This document shows, piece after piece, positions 24,279 to 37,622 of a DNA stretch of 64,000 nucleotides (position 1 is its first letter; every line of letters starts with the position of its first letter). The position numbers and the translations under genes were made by a program. The stretch covers positions 16,940,683-17,004,682 of the forward strand of contig JAUZTB010000077.1 of NCBI GenBank assembly GCA_034780895.1, written 5' to 3'. The notes under the pieces were generated by a model that was given only the letters and a program-made list of their open reading frames with translations, searched no databases and was not told the DNA's origin. This DNA is from Rhynchobatus australiae. Taxonomy: Eukaryota.

Positions 24279-27200
24279 CACGGAAATAGAGGGGATTTCT
24301 GCTATGCTGATTGCCATTTCTGAGCTGTTGTAGTACTTCTCATACANNNNNNNNNNNNNNNNNNNNNNNCAGCTGTGATTTCAGCAAAAGCAAAATATAG
24401 GATTGGGCTGGCTGAAGTTGATTAATAGTCCTGCGAGAGTGAAAGACTCCAGGGCCAAGCAGTAGGTCCATCCTGGTGGCATCTGATGTTGATTGGCTTT
24501 GTCCGATGCGGCTGCGCTGGAAGAGCGGACATTAAGATTAAGTGATGCTGTCGTGCTGAGGAGTGCTGCACTGCATCATTTGGGGAAGAGACAGCTGCGG
24601 TGGTTAATCCTTCATCACCAAGGGAGTGCTGCCAGGAGAAAGATATACTGCCAAAGATAACCCACCATAACTTCTGCTAAAGATCAGGAAACTTTGAATT
24701 CTCATCCATCTGCTGTATTCTGTGTTAAATATCAGATTGGGTAGACTGGGGAAAAATATATCCATTGGGATATGCAGAATATAGGGCGTATAAGGGAATT
24801 GCTTCAAAATGTATTTAAGGTTGTCATATATATGTTTGACTCCTAGCATAAATTTCTGCAGCACAGAACATTAACGTATTCTGGTGTTTCCAGGCAATTG
24901 TAAGCAAACAAATCAGCTGAAGGTCACTCATTTATTGCAGTTGAAGAGTGCGCAGGTTTAGCTTGCTAAAATACATGCATAAAAAGTAAATTTAAAACTT
25001 TATACATTAAATCTCATTCAAATTAAAATGCAGTTACTTGAAGCTAAATGTTGGGTGATCATTATTTAAAATCACATTGAAGGACTTTATGGACCACAAT
25101 GCAACTCAGAATGTGTATAACACCCATTAATGTATGTGTTTTTTTTCTGAATTCAAGAGAAAATAATGTTGTCCAAAACCATCAAAGCTTAAACACTTTC
25201 TTAACTGCAACGTGTAAATCCCGACAATTCTGAAGCTAAAATTTAATGACCCTGAAAAATAAAAGGTACATAAAGCTTAAAATGTGTTGTTAATATTTAA
25301 GAAATATGTTTGTATTGATTTCAGTGGAAGCAAAAAATGTAATGAAGGATTTGGGAGTCAGTTGACTAATGCAGTTTAAATTTGAGCCTTGGGCCTTCTC
25401 TTGAGCCCATTTCATCAGTCACATTTATCCTGGCAACATGAAGCAAATAGCTGCTCAAATATAAAAATGAATAATAGTGCAATTTTGTAAACTGAAAGAT
25501 GTAAAAAGCTTGTAATGCTGGTAATGTACAACTATGTGTTGGGGATGTTTTGCTTAGACTATGATGGTGATCTGAAGAGAATATTTTTGATGTGTTTATA
25601 TTAGTGGCGTCAGCATATTTCAGAATGCTGGGCTTTGCATGTTTGCAGCTGGTATGATGCAGCTGTCAAGCTGTGATTGATGAGTATCATCATTTAAAGT
25701 GTAAAAGAAAACGTCTCTGCAAAGAGAGACATGATGAACTGCCGTCTACTGGCCCAACTAGACACGGTCATCATTTTCTCTTCGCTGTCCTTGCCAGAAT
25801 CTCGGAATGTCATCATGAGCAGCACTGCCCAGACTCTAGCCCTCCAATATCACTTTGGTACTTGTCAGATCGTATGAAACGTCAAAATTCATGTNNNNNN
25901 NNNNNNNNNNNNNNNNNNNNNNNNNNNNNNNNNNNNNNNNNNNNNNNNNNNNNNNNNNNNNNNNNNNNNNNNNNNNNNNNNNNNNNNNNNNNNNNNNNNN
26001 NNNNNNNNNNNNNNNNNNNNNNNNNNNNNNNNNNNNNNNNNNNNNNNNNNNNNNNNNNNNNNNNNNNNNNNNNNNNNNNNNNTTTCCATGGAACAAATGC
26101 TAGAACATGCTAATGAGGGAGTGAGTTCGTTAAACTGATGGCGAAGAGTGACAGTTATTAATGATTGTTATGATAAACAGACGAGTGTGAATCGGGNNNN
26201 NNNNNNNNNNNNNNNNNNNNNNNNNNNNNNNNNNNNNNNNNNNNNNNNNNNNNNNNNNNNNNNNNNNNNNNNNNNNNNNNNNNNNNNNNNNNNNNNNNNN
26301 NNNNNNNNNNNNNNNNNNNNNNNNNNNNNNNNNNNNNNNNNNNNNNNNNNNNNNNNNNNNNNNNNNNNNNNNNNNNNNNNNNNNNNNNNNNNNNNNNNNN
26401 NNNNNNNNNNNNNNTATACAGCTGTATTGTTGCCTGTGAGGACAAGACCTGGCTGATAATGGACATTTTTTTTGGCAAGGGGCTAAGGAAATTTGTTGTG
26501 ACAGAAAGGCGTATACATTGATAAATTAATTGCTACTTTTTTTGTTCTTGGAGGAAACTTGGATAGAGATTGTCAAGCTGATCTAATGTTGGAGTGGGAT
26601 GACCCCAGAGGTGCAATTCAGCATATATTGGACAATGTCTACAGTGTATCTGTTGACTTGACTGAATATCTTGTAAAATTTGGCTTAACATTTCACTAAT
26701 ATAGCTTGGCAGCATTGTTTAAGCATTTGACTGATAGTGCTTGAATAAATTGTATAAAGGTAGTCAGTATGAATGCTGCAACAAGCTGATTAGAGTCCCA
26801 CAGCCACAGTTCCTTCACCTCCAGGCCAGCCGAGCTCTGGATGAAATTTGTTAACGCTTTTTTTTAAATGTTAAAATAGTTGACAGCTCTTCAATCTTTA
26901 CAAAGGCATTTATGCAGATTAACTGCTTGGTTGCCCATTATACTGTATAGTCTTTTCCTTTGTAGTTTTTTTTTCGCAGAATTATAAGTCTCCATTTACT
27001 CAAAGGAATTAGCTACGGTTGTGTTTAAATTTTGTGTTTGAAGTAACTGGAGAAACTGAAAGCTCTTACTTAGTTATCTTGGTACATAATTTGGATAATC
27101 ATGACTCCTGGCTTGAATGCCTTTTTCAAGCAGGAACAAAGGCATTTGGGGGGTAATCTAATGTTAATTCCTTCCTCGGTCAGAAAATAGCAAGTATAAC

Positions 27201-28877
27201 ATCCAAATGACAGAGGGCTGAAGGACTGTTGTTGTTCTGAGGTTCTGAAGGCTGTGCTGACCTCCCAGTGAACTCTGACCAAATCTTATCACAGCAACTA
27301 GATGAGCAGAGGGGGGTTTTAATTAGAGGAGCAGGTCACTGTCAAAGATGATATGTGATGTAAGGATATTCACAAATGCCTTTTTTCCCTCTGTGTTGTA
27401 TTTGTTAGATCTTTAAAGCATATTTTCACTGGAAGAGTGAACTGTGTGATCGGTAGATTTATTCTGTTTAGTGCCCATTACTAGTTAAAAGCAGGTTGTA
27501 GATCAGAATGTTTTGGACTAAGGAGAATAACTCTGGCAGATAGAAATTACAAACAATGGAAAAATGTACTTGGGTTAAATAAATTCAAACTCTGCGTAAT
27601 GCCTCATTGTGAAGCCAGTTTGCAATCAAATGTGTAATCTTGTCACACCTTTACTGTAGATAATCATCGCAAGAAGTTAAATTCACTTTTTCTAATTATC
27701 AGCCTTTCATTTGCAGCTTGTATTAAATGCTGACGTGTTAATTTAAAAAAAACAGTATTAAAAGTNNNNNNNNNNNNNNNNNNNNNNNNNNNNNNNNNNN
27801 NNNNNNNNNNNNNNNNNNNNNNNNNNNNNNNNNNNNNNNNNNNNAAATTAAGTTGATCTAGCTAGTGAGCAGTATAATTTGCTTGTTCCATAGTTAAGAA
27901 TTTAAAAAAAGCTGGCAATTATCTACAGACTGGTGAGATTTAATTGTATGATATCTGAGTTATTCTGCTGGTACAGTGGAAATTCAGTGCTAATTAAAGC
28001 TGTACATCTTTGAAATATAAATTTCTTTACACATTAAAAAAATAATTGCTACATCTGAATTGATATGTTTAAATTAAAATTGCCCAGTGTACTGTTGTTC
28101 ATCAAAAAATATTTTTGATTTTTATCTACTTGACTGTATATTTAAAACTGAAGCCTCTATCATGAACAATGCTTCATTTATCAAGTTGCATTTAAAATAA
28201 TATATAGTCCTGTGGAAGCAGAAAAGTAGTTGAACTGGGAATTCTGCAGATTTTCCCCAGAATCTCTGGTAGTTTATGAAAGTTGGTTTGTTCTGATGAA
28301 TTCCTCGTCAGTGTCGGTAGCAAGACACCCCCTACCCCAACTTGACCATAAGCCTCTATTTTTCTGCAACAGTCCATCACGGTGAACTGTGTCCCAAGGC
28401 AAAATGTGACACTAGTCTGAGAATCTCGTCACTGACGCTGACATTGAAGAATACCTCCTGGTGAGCTGTCAGCTTTCAAGATTCGTGCAATGTGCAATTC
28501 CTTTTGTGCATGCATGCATGGCTGAGGAACCTGAGCAGAGTCTTGCACCCCACTTCCATCGGAGTTGTGCATCTTCTCCCAATGATGTGTCTGGCTAAAC
28601 CGAGGTAGCTGAAGAGACTGGGGGAAAGTTCCCAGCACTGGTCTTGCCCTTTGGAAATATAAAATGCAAAATATGACATCATCTTGTAAACCCTCAAATA
28701 TATTGGACCACAACTTTAAGTTTTAGCAATATAATGATGACGGTAATGGCACAAATGCTACAAGTGAGAGTATATGCGAGATTAAATGTGAATTGTAGTT
28801 CCCTCCTGTACTTAAGACTGCTACACTCTCTCAGGATCCACTTATGGCTCCCTCCTAATTCTCATCTGGATGGCATT

Positions 28878-29034
28878 GGTCACGGTAGTGTAACAGTTAC
28901 CGTAATGCTATTGGTAGTGTAGCGATTAGCGTAATGCTATTACAGCACTGGTGACCTGGGTTCAATTCCCATTGCTGCCTGTAAGGAGTTTGTACGTTGT
29001 CCTCATGTGTCTGTGTGGGTTTGCTCCAGTTTCC
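28878..29034 (+). mobile_element. V-SINE 5' part with tandemly duplicated head, running into a gap
   Basis: 'ggtagtgtaacagttaccgtaatgctatt' then 'ggtagtgtagcgattagcgtaatgctattacagc..gggttcaattccc..gtaaggagtttgtacg'. Confidence 0.9.
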
Positions 29035-29314
29035 NNNNNNNNNNNNNNNNNNNNNNNNNNNNNNNNNNNNNNNNNNNNNNNNNNNNNNNNNNNNNNNNNN
29101 NNNNNNNNNNNNNNNNNNNNNNNNNNNNNNNNNNNNNNNNNNNNNNNNNNNNNNNNNNNNNNNNNNNNNNNNNNNNNNNNNNNNNNNNNNNNNNNNNNNN
29201 NNNNNNNNNNNNNNNNNNNNNNNNNNNNNNNNNNNNNNNNNNNNNNNNTCCCTCAATGGCTTCATTGCATTTAAGATGTCATATGTTGCTTCAGTATCCA
29301 GGTTTGAATGACTT

Positions 29315-30020
29315 TTAATTCATTCCAGGGATGTGGGGTTTGCAGGCTGAGCCAGCATTTAATTGTCCATCCCTAATTGCCCTTCAGAAGGTGATGGTGA
29401 CCCGCCTTGCATTGTTGCAGTTCTTGAGGTGTGGGTATACCCATAAGGTTGTTAGGGAGGGAGTTCCAGGATTTTGACCCAGCGACGGTGAGGGAACAGT
29501 GATATATTTCCAAGTCTGGATGGTGAGTGGTTTGGAAGGCAACTTCCAAGTGGTGGTGTTCCCCGTGCTTTTGCTGCCCTTGTCCTTCTAGATGGTAGAA
29601 ATTGCTGTCTAAGGAATCTTGATAAGTTGCTGCAGTGCATCCTGTAGATGGTACAAACTGCTGCTACTATGCATCATCAGTGGTGTGAGTGAATGGATGT
29701 GGATGTGATTCCTTTCAAGTAGGCTGTTGTGTCGTGTATAGTGTTGGGCTTCTTGACTGTTGTTGATTCCTGCTTTGAGCCTTGTTAGATGGTGGACAGG
29801 CTGTGGGGAATAAAGAGGTGAAGTAATAATTGCAGGATTCCTCATCTCCAACCTGCTCTTGTAGCCACATTGTATCTATGGTTATTCCAGTTCAGTTTCT
29901 GGTCAACGGAACCCCCAGGATGTTGATAGTGGGGGATTCAGTGATCGTAATGCCATTGAATATTTGGATTTTCTCTTGTTGGACATTGCTATTGCCTGGA
30001 ATGTGTATGGTGTGATCGTT
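29315..30020 (-). mobile_element. LINE 3' fragment (same family as 19320-19800)
   Basis: 'gccagcatttaattgtccatccctaattgccc..gggagggagttccaggattttgacccagcgac'. Confidence 0.85.
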
Positions 30021-30059
30021 ACTTAAATGTTAGTTGTTACTTAAATAATGCAAAGATTG

Positions 30060-30340
30060 AAGGCATTGTCTTCTATCACCTTGGAATATATCATTCTCTA
30101 ATCATTGACTCCATCCTCTCCCAGCCTACGTCTGAAACTGATCCAAACTGGTCACAACCTGTGTCATATTTGACCTTGGGTTGAGGTTCATATCTTCTAA
30201 CTGCACCATCACTAAGGTAGTCAGTTTCCATGTCCTTAATAATTTGGCATTTCTTTCAGGAACTCTAGGCTTCTTTCTCGATCTTCCACAGTTACCATCA
30301 CAACCCTCGACTCTGAGAAGATTAAGAGGGTGTAAGGTTG
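30060..30340 (+). mobile_element. L2 LINE fragment, degraded
   Basis: 'ggtcacaacctgtgtcatatttgacc' resembles the L2 'V.NLGV.FD' region. Confidence 0.55.
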
Positions 30341-31059
30341 CCTGTANNNNNNNNNNNNNNNNNNNNNNNNNNNNNNNNNNNNNNNNNNNNNNNNNNNNNN
30401 NNNNNNNNNNNNNNNNNNNNNNNNNNNNNNNNNNNNNNNNNNNNNNCTGTAATGTTCACTCACAGCCCAACTGCTTGGTTTTAGCAGAATATTTGCCTGT
30501 ATTCTCAAAAATTTAATACATAATATATTGAAAAGCTAAACGTATAGGGCCAAATCTAATGGTGCAGAATGTTCTCTTTAATTCCAGCGAGGCCTGATTT
30601 ATTACTCTTTAGTCTCCCTGAGTAAGTGTTTCAGTAATGGTTAGGGAGTTTCAAGTCTTGAATCCAACGACAATGAAGAGACACTAATTTATGTCTAAAT
30701 CAATGCAGTTTGAGACTTGGAACGGCACGTGCATTTGATTCCCTTCTCATAGAAGCTGGGGGTTTTGAGTTTGCTAAAGAAGCCTTAGGAAGTTCATGCT
30801 CCTCATTCAGTTATTAAGCATGTGCTTTCCATTTACATTCACCATTCATATTGCGTATTATGTGATTTAGCCACTAAATAGTGAAGTCAGCCATTCTTGG
30901 TTTTGTGGTTTGTTTCTTGCTGGTTTTGAAAGTGAACAAAGAGGGAAACCACAAAAGAAGCGTCACCAATTTTAGTTCTGAGTTTTTCCAATTACGTACT
31001 GCTATAACTCAAGGCTAANNNNNNNNNNNNNNNNNNNNNNNNNNNNNNNNNNNNNNNNN

Positions 31060-31460
31060 NNNTCCCATTAGATCACAAGCACCAAGTCTCCCTTCCAGTT
31101 AGGCTGGCATTTTAAATGGTTTCTTCTGCTTGAGAAACAGAGGCCAAAACTGTGCACAGTTCTCCAGGTGCAGTCTCTTCTAAGTGCTGCAGAATTGCAC
31201 CAAGGTGTCGTTACTCTTGAAGTGCAATCATTTTTCAATGAAGGCCAACATATTCACATTTCGGCATGCTTTACCTGCAAAGCAACTTCTATGTCATTTA
31301 CAAGGGACCTCAGTGGTTTAATAGTTTTTCATCATTTAAAATACATTCTGATTTTCTATTCTTCCCACCAAATTGAAGACCATTTCTTTTCCGCATTGTG
31401 TCCAGCACTTGCTAACCCCACATATTTTAACTTTGCACATTCTCTATCCTCTTTGCAGAT
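31060..31460 (-). mobile_element. Degraded CR1 RT fragment
   Basis: 'ccaaaactgtgcacagttctccaggtgcagtct' and 'aatgaaggccaacat' are the reverse complement of the 'PHLEYCVQFW' region. Compare 48880-49000. Confidence 0.6.
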
Positions 31461-32595
31461 TGCCTTTTCTACTTAGCTTTGCATTGAAAGCAGGCTTGAA
31501 TACACTGGGCTGGATCTGTTGGCACTTGCTGCCTGTATTTTACCCAGGACATCAACTGAACCAGTCCACATTTGGCCCGCATTGCAGCCCCAAATTATCC
31601 CAAACTCAAGCCCAAGTATCAGCAGGGCATTCCAAGGTGCACTGAAGTAGAATGGTACCAAAAGCCCCTGAAATCATTAAAAGCAAGCAAAATCCCACAA
31701 TCCCCCATTCAAGGAGCATTTAAGAAAAACTTTTCAAAATTCAGCAAATTGTTCAACAAAAGTTTTAAAAATATAAATGTTTTAAACAAAAAAAGTAAAG
31801 TTGATCAAATAGGTAAATAATTAACAACACTGAACGCAATCAAAATAATTGAAAAGGTAAGGAACTTGCTTCCTCCATTGACATCTTCTCTGAGCCCCTC
31901 AATTCCCACTGAAAGCAATGGGATTGTGACTGCTGCAGCAAGTCTAGTGGGAATGCTGGGGCAACACAGGAAGATTGAGCTTGGCTGTTGGACTCCGTGG
32001 TTAAAGGACAAAATTGGAACGGAATTATTGGGTTATTTTCGGGTTGACAGGCTGTTGCTTGTGGTGCGCAATGAGGATCAAAGTTGGGGTATTAGCCACA
32101 TGTAGTATATCCTTTATGAGGAGTTGCATGGCAGATTATCTTGAAAAGTCCATCACCCATCACTGCTCATAAAGTTTGAGACTTCACTGTTTTGATGTTG
32201 CATTGGAAGTCTCACACTTGCATTTAAAAGGGAAAATGTCCAAAGAGTCACCATGTTCTGCAGGCTAATGTACTCAGATCTTTCACACTTATATTTAGCA
32301 TAGCACAGCTACATATTTATTGAGATATGTTTCTATACATATTTGCTATTGTTTATTGTCATACCTTTTAATACTCTCTGATTTGTATTAGTCAACTTGT
32401 TCCTCATACTTGAGTATTTAAGTTGAAGAACCTAATTTTGAACTTGCATCACTGTTGAATGCAATGTAATCTCTCCATAAATGAAATTATGATCACTCTT
32501 TCCTAAATGGCTTCTGACTGTGAGATTACCAATTGGCTCTCTCCTGAAACTCAACAAGGCCGAAATAGCCTATTGCCTGATTGGTTCCACAACAT

Positions 32596-32728
32596 GAAGA
32601 CACAGGAGACTGCAGATGTTGGAATCCAGAGCAAAAAGCAAACTGCTGGAGGAACTCAGTGGGTAAAGCAGCATTGTGGAGGCAAAGGAATGGTCAACAT
32701 TTCAGGTCAAGACCCTGCATCAGGACGT
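32596..32728. mobile_element. Penelope-type terminal repeat with hammerhead-like motif on the minus strand
   Basis: 'agacacaggagactgcagatgttggaatc..tttcaggtcaagaccctgcatcaggac'. Confidence 0.8.
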
Positions 32729-34069
32729 TGGGTTCTGTGATACGTTCTTCTAAAACTTGCCACCTTCTGTGCTGCAGCCATTCAGTGAATCTAAATTCAT
32801 TCAAATCCATTCTGCAAACTCTTCTCCTAACTACTTTTGTTCATTTGTCCATTCTGCATAAAGATTCAAGTCCTCCAGGATTATTCTATTATCTTTATTA
32901 TAAGATCCACTTATTCTTTGCTTACTTCTCTGTCCAGGAGTATAACCACAATTAGGGCTTGTAAACTACTCATGTCAGAATTTTATGTCCCTTGCAATCT
33001 CTTATCCCCAGGTATACCCCCAGATCCTTCCTGATGATCTTAATTAAGATGAATCCTTCCTTCTGCCCTAATAGCATTTGTTATTATCATTGCTACCAGG
33101 CTGGCTTTTCATTTTATTCATCCTTTCAAAACATGCCATATTCTGGAACAGTTAGTTCCCAATCTTCGTCACTACTTTTATTAGATCATGTTTATTATCA
33201 GCCGCATGCTTTCATTTATTCCTATTACATTATTAGTCCATCTGTTTTGTAGCGAATATTCTGTGCATTCAGATAAATCATCTTTAACTTTTTTGCCATT
33301 TCTTCCTAATTTGATCTCATTCACTGAATGTACTAAAATTGTTTGTTCTAACCTGTTATACTCTTCTTTCCATGACTCAATCGAGGACACTGCTCTTTTG
33401 CCTTGTCTTCTTTTTAATAAGCAAGTTCCTCTCATCTTAAGCTTTCCTCTTTCATTTCATTTATAGTCTGATTATTTGATTTGGGTAGTGACAAAGCCAG
33501 GTTTAGATGGAGTTTGTCCCAATGGAACAGCTGCCTCTCCTCTATTCCCAGTACTTCTGCAATCCCAAAAATCAAAAGCCCTGTCTCCAATACCACTGTC
33601 TTTGAGCAATGGATTCTGTTCTCTGTTCTATTTGACCCCACAGCAAACTGTGTGTGAGTTTATGGAATGCATTTGAATGAATTTAAAATCACAGAAATGA
33701 TTACTTGTGACATTCTGTGTTTAATTTCTGTCTTGGCTTCTTCAACTCTCTCAGCGGAATTGCATGCAAGTCAGTTGTTCCAATGTGGACCCTGACAACT
33801 GGATTCATTCTTTCTCGCTCTCCAATTCTTCTTCATCCAGGAGGTGCTGTCCTTAATCCTAGCACTAGCAAGCAATGCAATCTTTAGAGTGTGCTGTATC
33901 TCAGATTATACTGTCCCCTATCACTTACAATCTTGGGTACTCACTGTCTCTGTATCAGAGCTGGCCAGTTCTGCTGTAGTTTATCCATCTGAAATATGGA
34001 TGTAGTTCTTCACTCACTACCTGTGGGCATTTACTATAGTTTTCCATTTTGCAGCTTTTGCATGTTGAC

Positions 34070-34470
34070 AGAAATGTGGAGAGAATAAAGTGGGACAAAT
34101 ATAGGATTTCAGCGGGATACAGCTTCTATCCCACAGTTATAAGACTATTGAACGATTCCCTAGTATGATGAGATAGACTTTTGACCTCACAATCTACCTG
34201 GTTATGACCTTGCACCTTATTGTCTGCCTGCACTGCCCTTTCTCTGTAGCTGTGGCACTTTACTCTGAATTTTGTATTGCTTTACATTGTACTACCTCAA
34301 TGCACTGTATAATTGAGCTGTATGAATGGTATGCAAGACAAGGTTTTCACTATACATCATACAAGTGATAATAATAAACCAATTCCAATTTGTGTAGAAG
34401 GGTGATTGATGGTCATTGCGGATTTGGTGAGCTGCAGACCCTGCTTCTGTGCTATATGACTCTATAACAT
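34070..34470 (+). mobile_element. SINE/CR1-type tail interrupted by a Rex1 3' fragment (~34112-34390)
   Basis: The Rex1 tail 'cagcttctatccc..gtgataataataaacc' sits between 'gagagaataaagtggga..taggatt' and 'gtgtagaagggtgattgatggtc..gtgctatatgactctat'. Confidence 0.75.
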
Positions 34471-34884
34471 TTGCCCTGCCTTCACTCTGGTTTCTCGAAC
34501 CTCTCCCCAATCTTCCCAGAAGTTATCCTTGAAAAATTTGAGCTTAGCCTAGATTCTGCTGAATATATCTTGTCACGTAGAGGGTCACACACCCATCACT
34601 ACAATCAGGTCCTGGGCCTCTTCATACCCCAAATTCCCACTCTTAGTTTAAACAATTGCTTCTCGCTGCCACGCCTTCTAATCTCCTCCAGTTGTGTCAG
34701 TGTCTGAGTGCTGCATTCCTCTGACTTCATTGTGCATCCCCACTCCTCCTCCATGCCATTCATGATTAAATTCTCTCCTTAAATCTTTTCTGCATTGACA
34801 AGATGCTCCTCTTTTAGCATTGTTGACATTTGACTCCATCCAAAGGTTTGGTTATAACTAACTATTGGATCAGTTTTCTTTCAC

Positions 34885-35390
34885 TTTTAGTTTGTAATTG
34901 GTTTATTATTGCCACATGTACTGAGGCACAGTTTCATGTGCTGTCCATACAGATCATTGCATCACATCAGAACATCGAGGTAGTACAAGGGAAAAGCAAT
35001 AACAGAATACAGATTATAGTGTCACAGTTACAAAGAAAGTGCAGTGCAGGCAGAAAATGTGCAAGGCCATGACAAGGTAAGTTGTGAAGTCACGAGTCCA
35101 TCTTATTGAGCAAGGTCCATTTAATAGTGTTATAACAGTGGGAGAGAAGTTGTCCTTGAGCTTTGTGGAACGTGTTTTCAGGCTTTTGTATCTTCTGCCC
35201 AATGGGAACGGGGAGAAGAGCGAATGTCCGGGTGAGAGGGGTCTTTGATTATGTTGGCTGCTTTACTGAGGCAGTGGGAAGTGTGGACAGAGTCCATGAA
35301 GGGGAGGCTGGTTTCCATGATGTCCACAACTCTCTGCAGTTTCTTGTGGTCTTGGGCAGAGCAGTTGCCGTACCAAGCCATGATCATCGT
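34885..35390 (-). mobile_element. Rex1/Babar LINE 3' fragment
   Basis: Minus-strand ORF 'AWYGNCSAQDHKKLQRVVD...KAANIIKDPSHP'. Confidence 0.92.
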
Positions 35391-35767
35391 TTAGATGATC
35401 ACCCGTGTTGTTTGTTTCACACTAATTGCGTCGTGTTAATGTATGGCGTGCAAGGGTGAGATGGGGAAAGTGGGGAAATTCCTAATTATGATTTTCACCC
35501 ACTGTCACACTTCTGGAGGTAGTTGCTGAACCATCAAAAGGGGCCTGGCCCATTTTTATTAAATGCCTCATCTATGTTAATCTCTTTTTTTTGCCTTCTC
35601 ATGAACACCGAAGTCATTTGTAGTTGGCCCAGGCCACCCCATCTTCGTCCCCTTCAATGAGATCGACAGAGTCCTTTTAGACATGGGTGATGTTTACATT
35701 GGGCCAATGTTTCCTGTTAGCATCTAACAATTGATTTTCTAAATAGATAAAATGCTGGAAACAGTCA

Positions 35768-35900
35768 GCAAGTTGGATCGGAAAGGTTTTGAAGGATCTG
35801 GGCCAAACAAAGGCAAATGAGACTAACCTGGATGGCCACTTGGTCAGCATGGACCATTTGGGCTGAAGGGCCTGTTTCTGTGCTATATGACTCTATTACT
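35768..35900 (+). mobile_element. CR1 3' tail
   Basis: 'tgggctgaagggcctgtttctgtgctatatgactctat'. Confidence 0.88.
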
Positions 35901-35904
35901 CTTG

Positions 35905-36015
35905 GTTGGACAGCATCTGTGGAAAGAGAAACAGAATTAATGTTAACTCTGTTTCTCTTTCCAGAGATGTTACCTGAGTGCTTTCTGCCGTAATTTATCC
36001 CAATATCTGCAGTCC
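35905..36015. mobile_element. Collapsed Penelope-type fold-back element
   Basis: 'catctgtggaaagagaaacagaattaa tg ttaactctgtttctctttccagagatg' forms a short near-perfect palindrome. Confidence 0.75.
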
Positions 36016-36571
36016 TGTTGATTTTCATGACATTGATTTGTGCAACAGGTACACAGGCACACTTAGATTGTGGAGCTCTCTGGAATGGAAGTGTCTTGGA
36101 ATACACGTCAAAGGATCTGTAGAAGCAGGATTGCTGGTGGAAAATGCTTTGAAAGTGGCAAATAGGCCTCGGGGTTTCACTCAAGGATATTGACTATTTA
36201 AGTAGCAAAGTAACGTAACATTGGTTCATCTACAATTTAGGTGCTGCATGTTATACAAAGTGTTTTGTATCTTTGAAAATGGCAGATGAGGACTTGTGGC
36301 AAAGAGGGTGGTAAATCGACTCATTATAGATCCTCCCTGTTACACTATAATTTTTTTCTTGAAAAGGGTTTCTGGATTGCATTAACACAAGTTGCAATTG
36401 AGGATAGGTTTTAGTGGTAATTAATCAGTTGTGTGGTTTTGCTTTCCTGGTGCAGAACAAACCTTGCCAGGAATACTGTGTAGAAAATTGTGGATTTGCA
36501 TTTCCTTTCACCAGTTCATTTAAATGATGGTATCCATGAGCTGTTGACTTCCTGAACAATGACATGTACGA

Positions 36572-36775
36572 TAAGAACAGAGAAAGCTGGAAACACTTAG
36601 CAGGGTGAGTGGCATTTGTGGTGAAAGGATCAAAGTTTTGTTCCAGTTTAATAACTTTCAACAAAACTTGTAAAAAAAAAATTATAAAAACAGTGTTTTC
36701 TCTCCCTGCAGATGCTGCCTGACCTGCAGAGTGTTTCCAAGATCTTCTGGTTTTATTTCAGATTTCCTGCATCTA
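36572..36775. mobile_element. Penelope-type fold-back element, degraded
   Basis: 'gctggaaacacttagcagg..gcatttgtgg' and inverted 'gcagatgctgcctgacctgcagagtgtttcca'. Confidence 0.7.
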
Positions 36776-36784
36776 GACTTTCCT

Positions 36785-37365
36785 GTCAAAACCTTGCTAA
36801 AACCCATATAGACAACATTAAGTTTTCCTTGACTGTCCTGCTGGTCTTGATTAACCTATGACTTTCTGAATGAAAATTTATGCTCTTCCTCAGCACTGAT
36901 TCCAACAATTTGCCCACAATCCAAGTTAAACTAACTGATATATAATTTCTTGGTTTATCACTTCCTTTTACAACTCTCATTTTACAGAAGCAACAAGCAA
37001 TCTGTTGGAGGAACTCAGCGAGTTGAGCATCATCTGTGGGGAGAAGGAACTGTCGAAGTTTCGGGTCAAAATCTTGCATGGGTCGTAATGCAGTGTTTGG
37101 ACCCAGAATGTCAACAAGCCCTTTCCTCCCACAGATGCTGCTCGACCTGCTGAGTTCCTCCAGCAGATTGTTCCTGCAGATTCCAGCGGCTGCAGTTCCT
37201 TGTGTCTCTACAACTTTACAGAACATTGCTGCAGCCGGAAAGGCTTGAAAAATTGTTGTCAAAACCTTTGCAATTTCATCCCTTGTTTCGTCTAACAGCC
37301 TGGGATATATTTTACCTGGGGCTGGTGACTTCTTCACTTTCAAAGACGCTAAACCCCTAAAGAAC
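36785..37365 (-). mobile_element. CR1 ORF2 fragment interrupted by a Penelope-type insert
   Basis: 'KSPAPGKIYPRLLDETRDEIA..' and 'KGSDKPRNYISVSLTWIVGKLLES'. Confidence 0.85.
36990..37210. mobile_element. Penelope-derived fold-back element with TSD-like flanks
   Basis: Inverted arms around ~37082, flanked by tttacagaa at 36981-36989 and 37215-37223. Confidence 0.8.
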
Positions 37366-37473
37366 ATATGAAATGGAAGCAGGCATTGCTCTTTCTGCTC
37401 CTCATATCTGCTCTGTCATTCACTGATCATGGCTCACCCTCCCCGAACTAACACTACATCCCTCAATTTCCTT

Positions 37474-37622
37474 AGGACAGCTTCTACCCCACTGCAATAA
37501 GACTACTGAACGGTTCCCTTATACAATGAGATAGAATCTGACCTTACAATCTACCTTGTTGTGACCTTGCACCTTATTGCACTGCACTTTCTCTGCAGCT
37601 GTGACACTTTACTCTGTACTGT
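37474..37622 (+). mobile_element. Rex1 3' UTR fragment
   Basis: 'aggacagcttctacccc..gaccttgcaccttattg..cactgcactttctctg'. Confidence 0.85.

Noticed and set aside
28373-28460. 88-nt AG/GT-bounded segment with one open frame (HHGELCPKAKCDTSLRISSLTLTLKNTS)
   Set aside because: Peptide not recognised, length not frame-preserving, and no supporting neighbouring exons.
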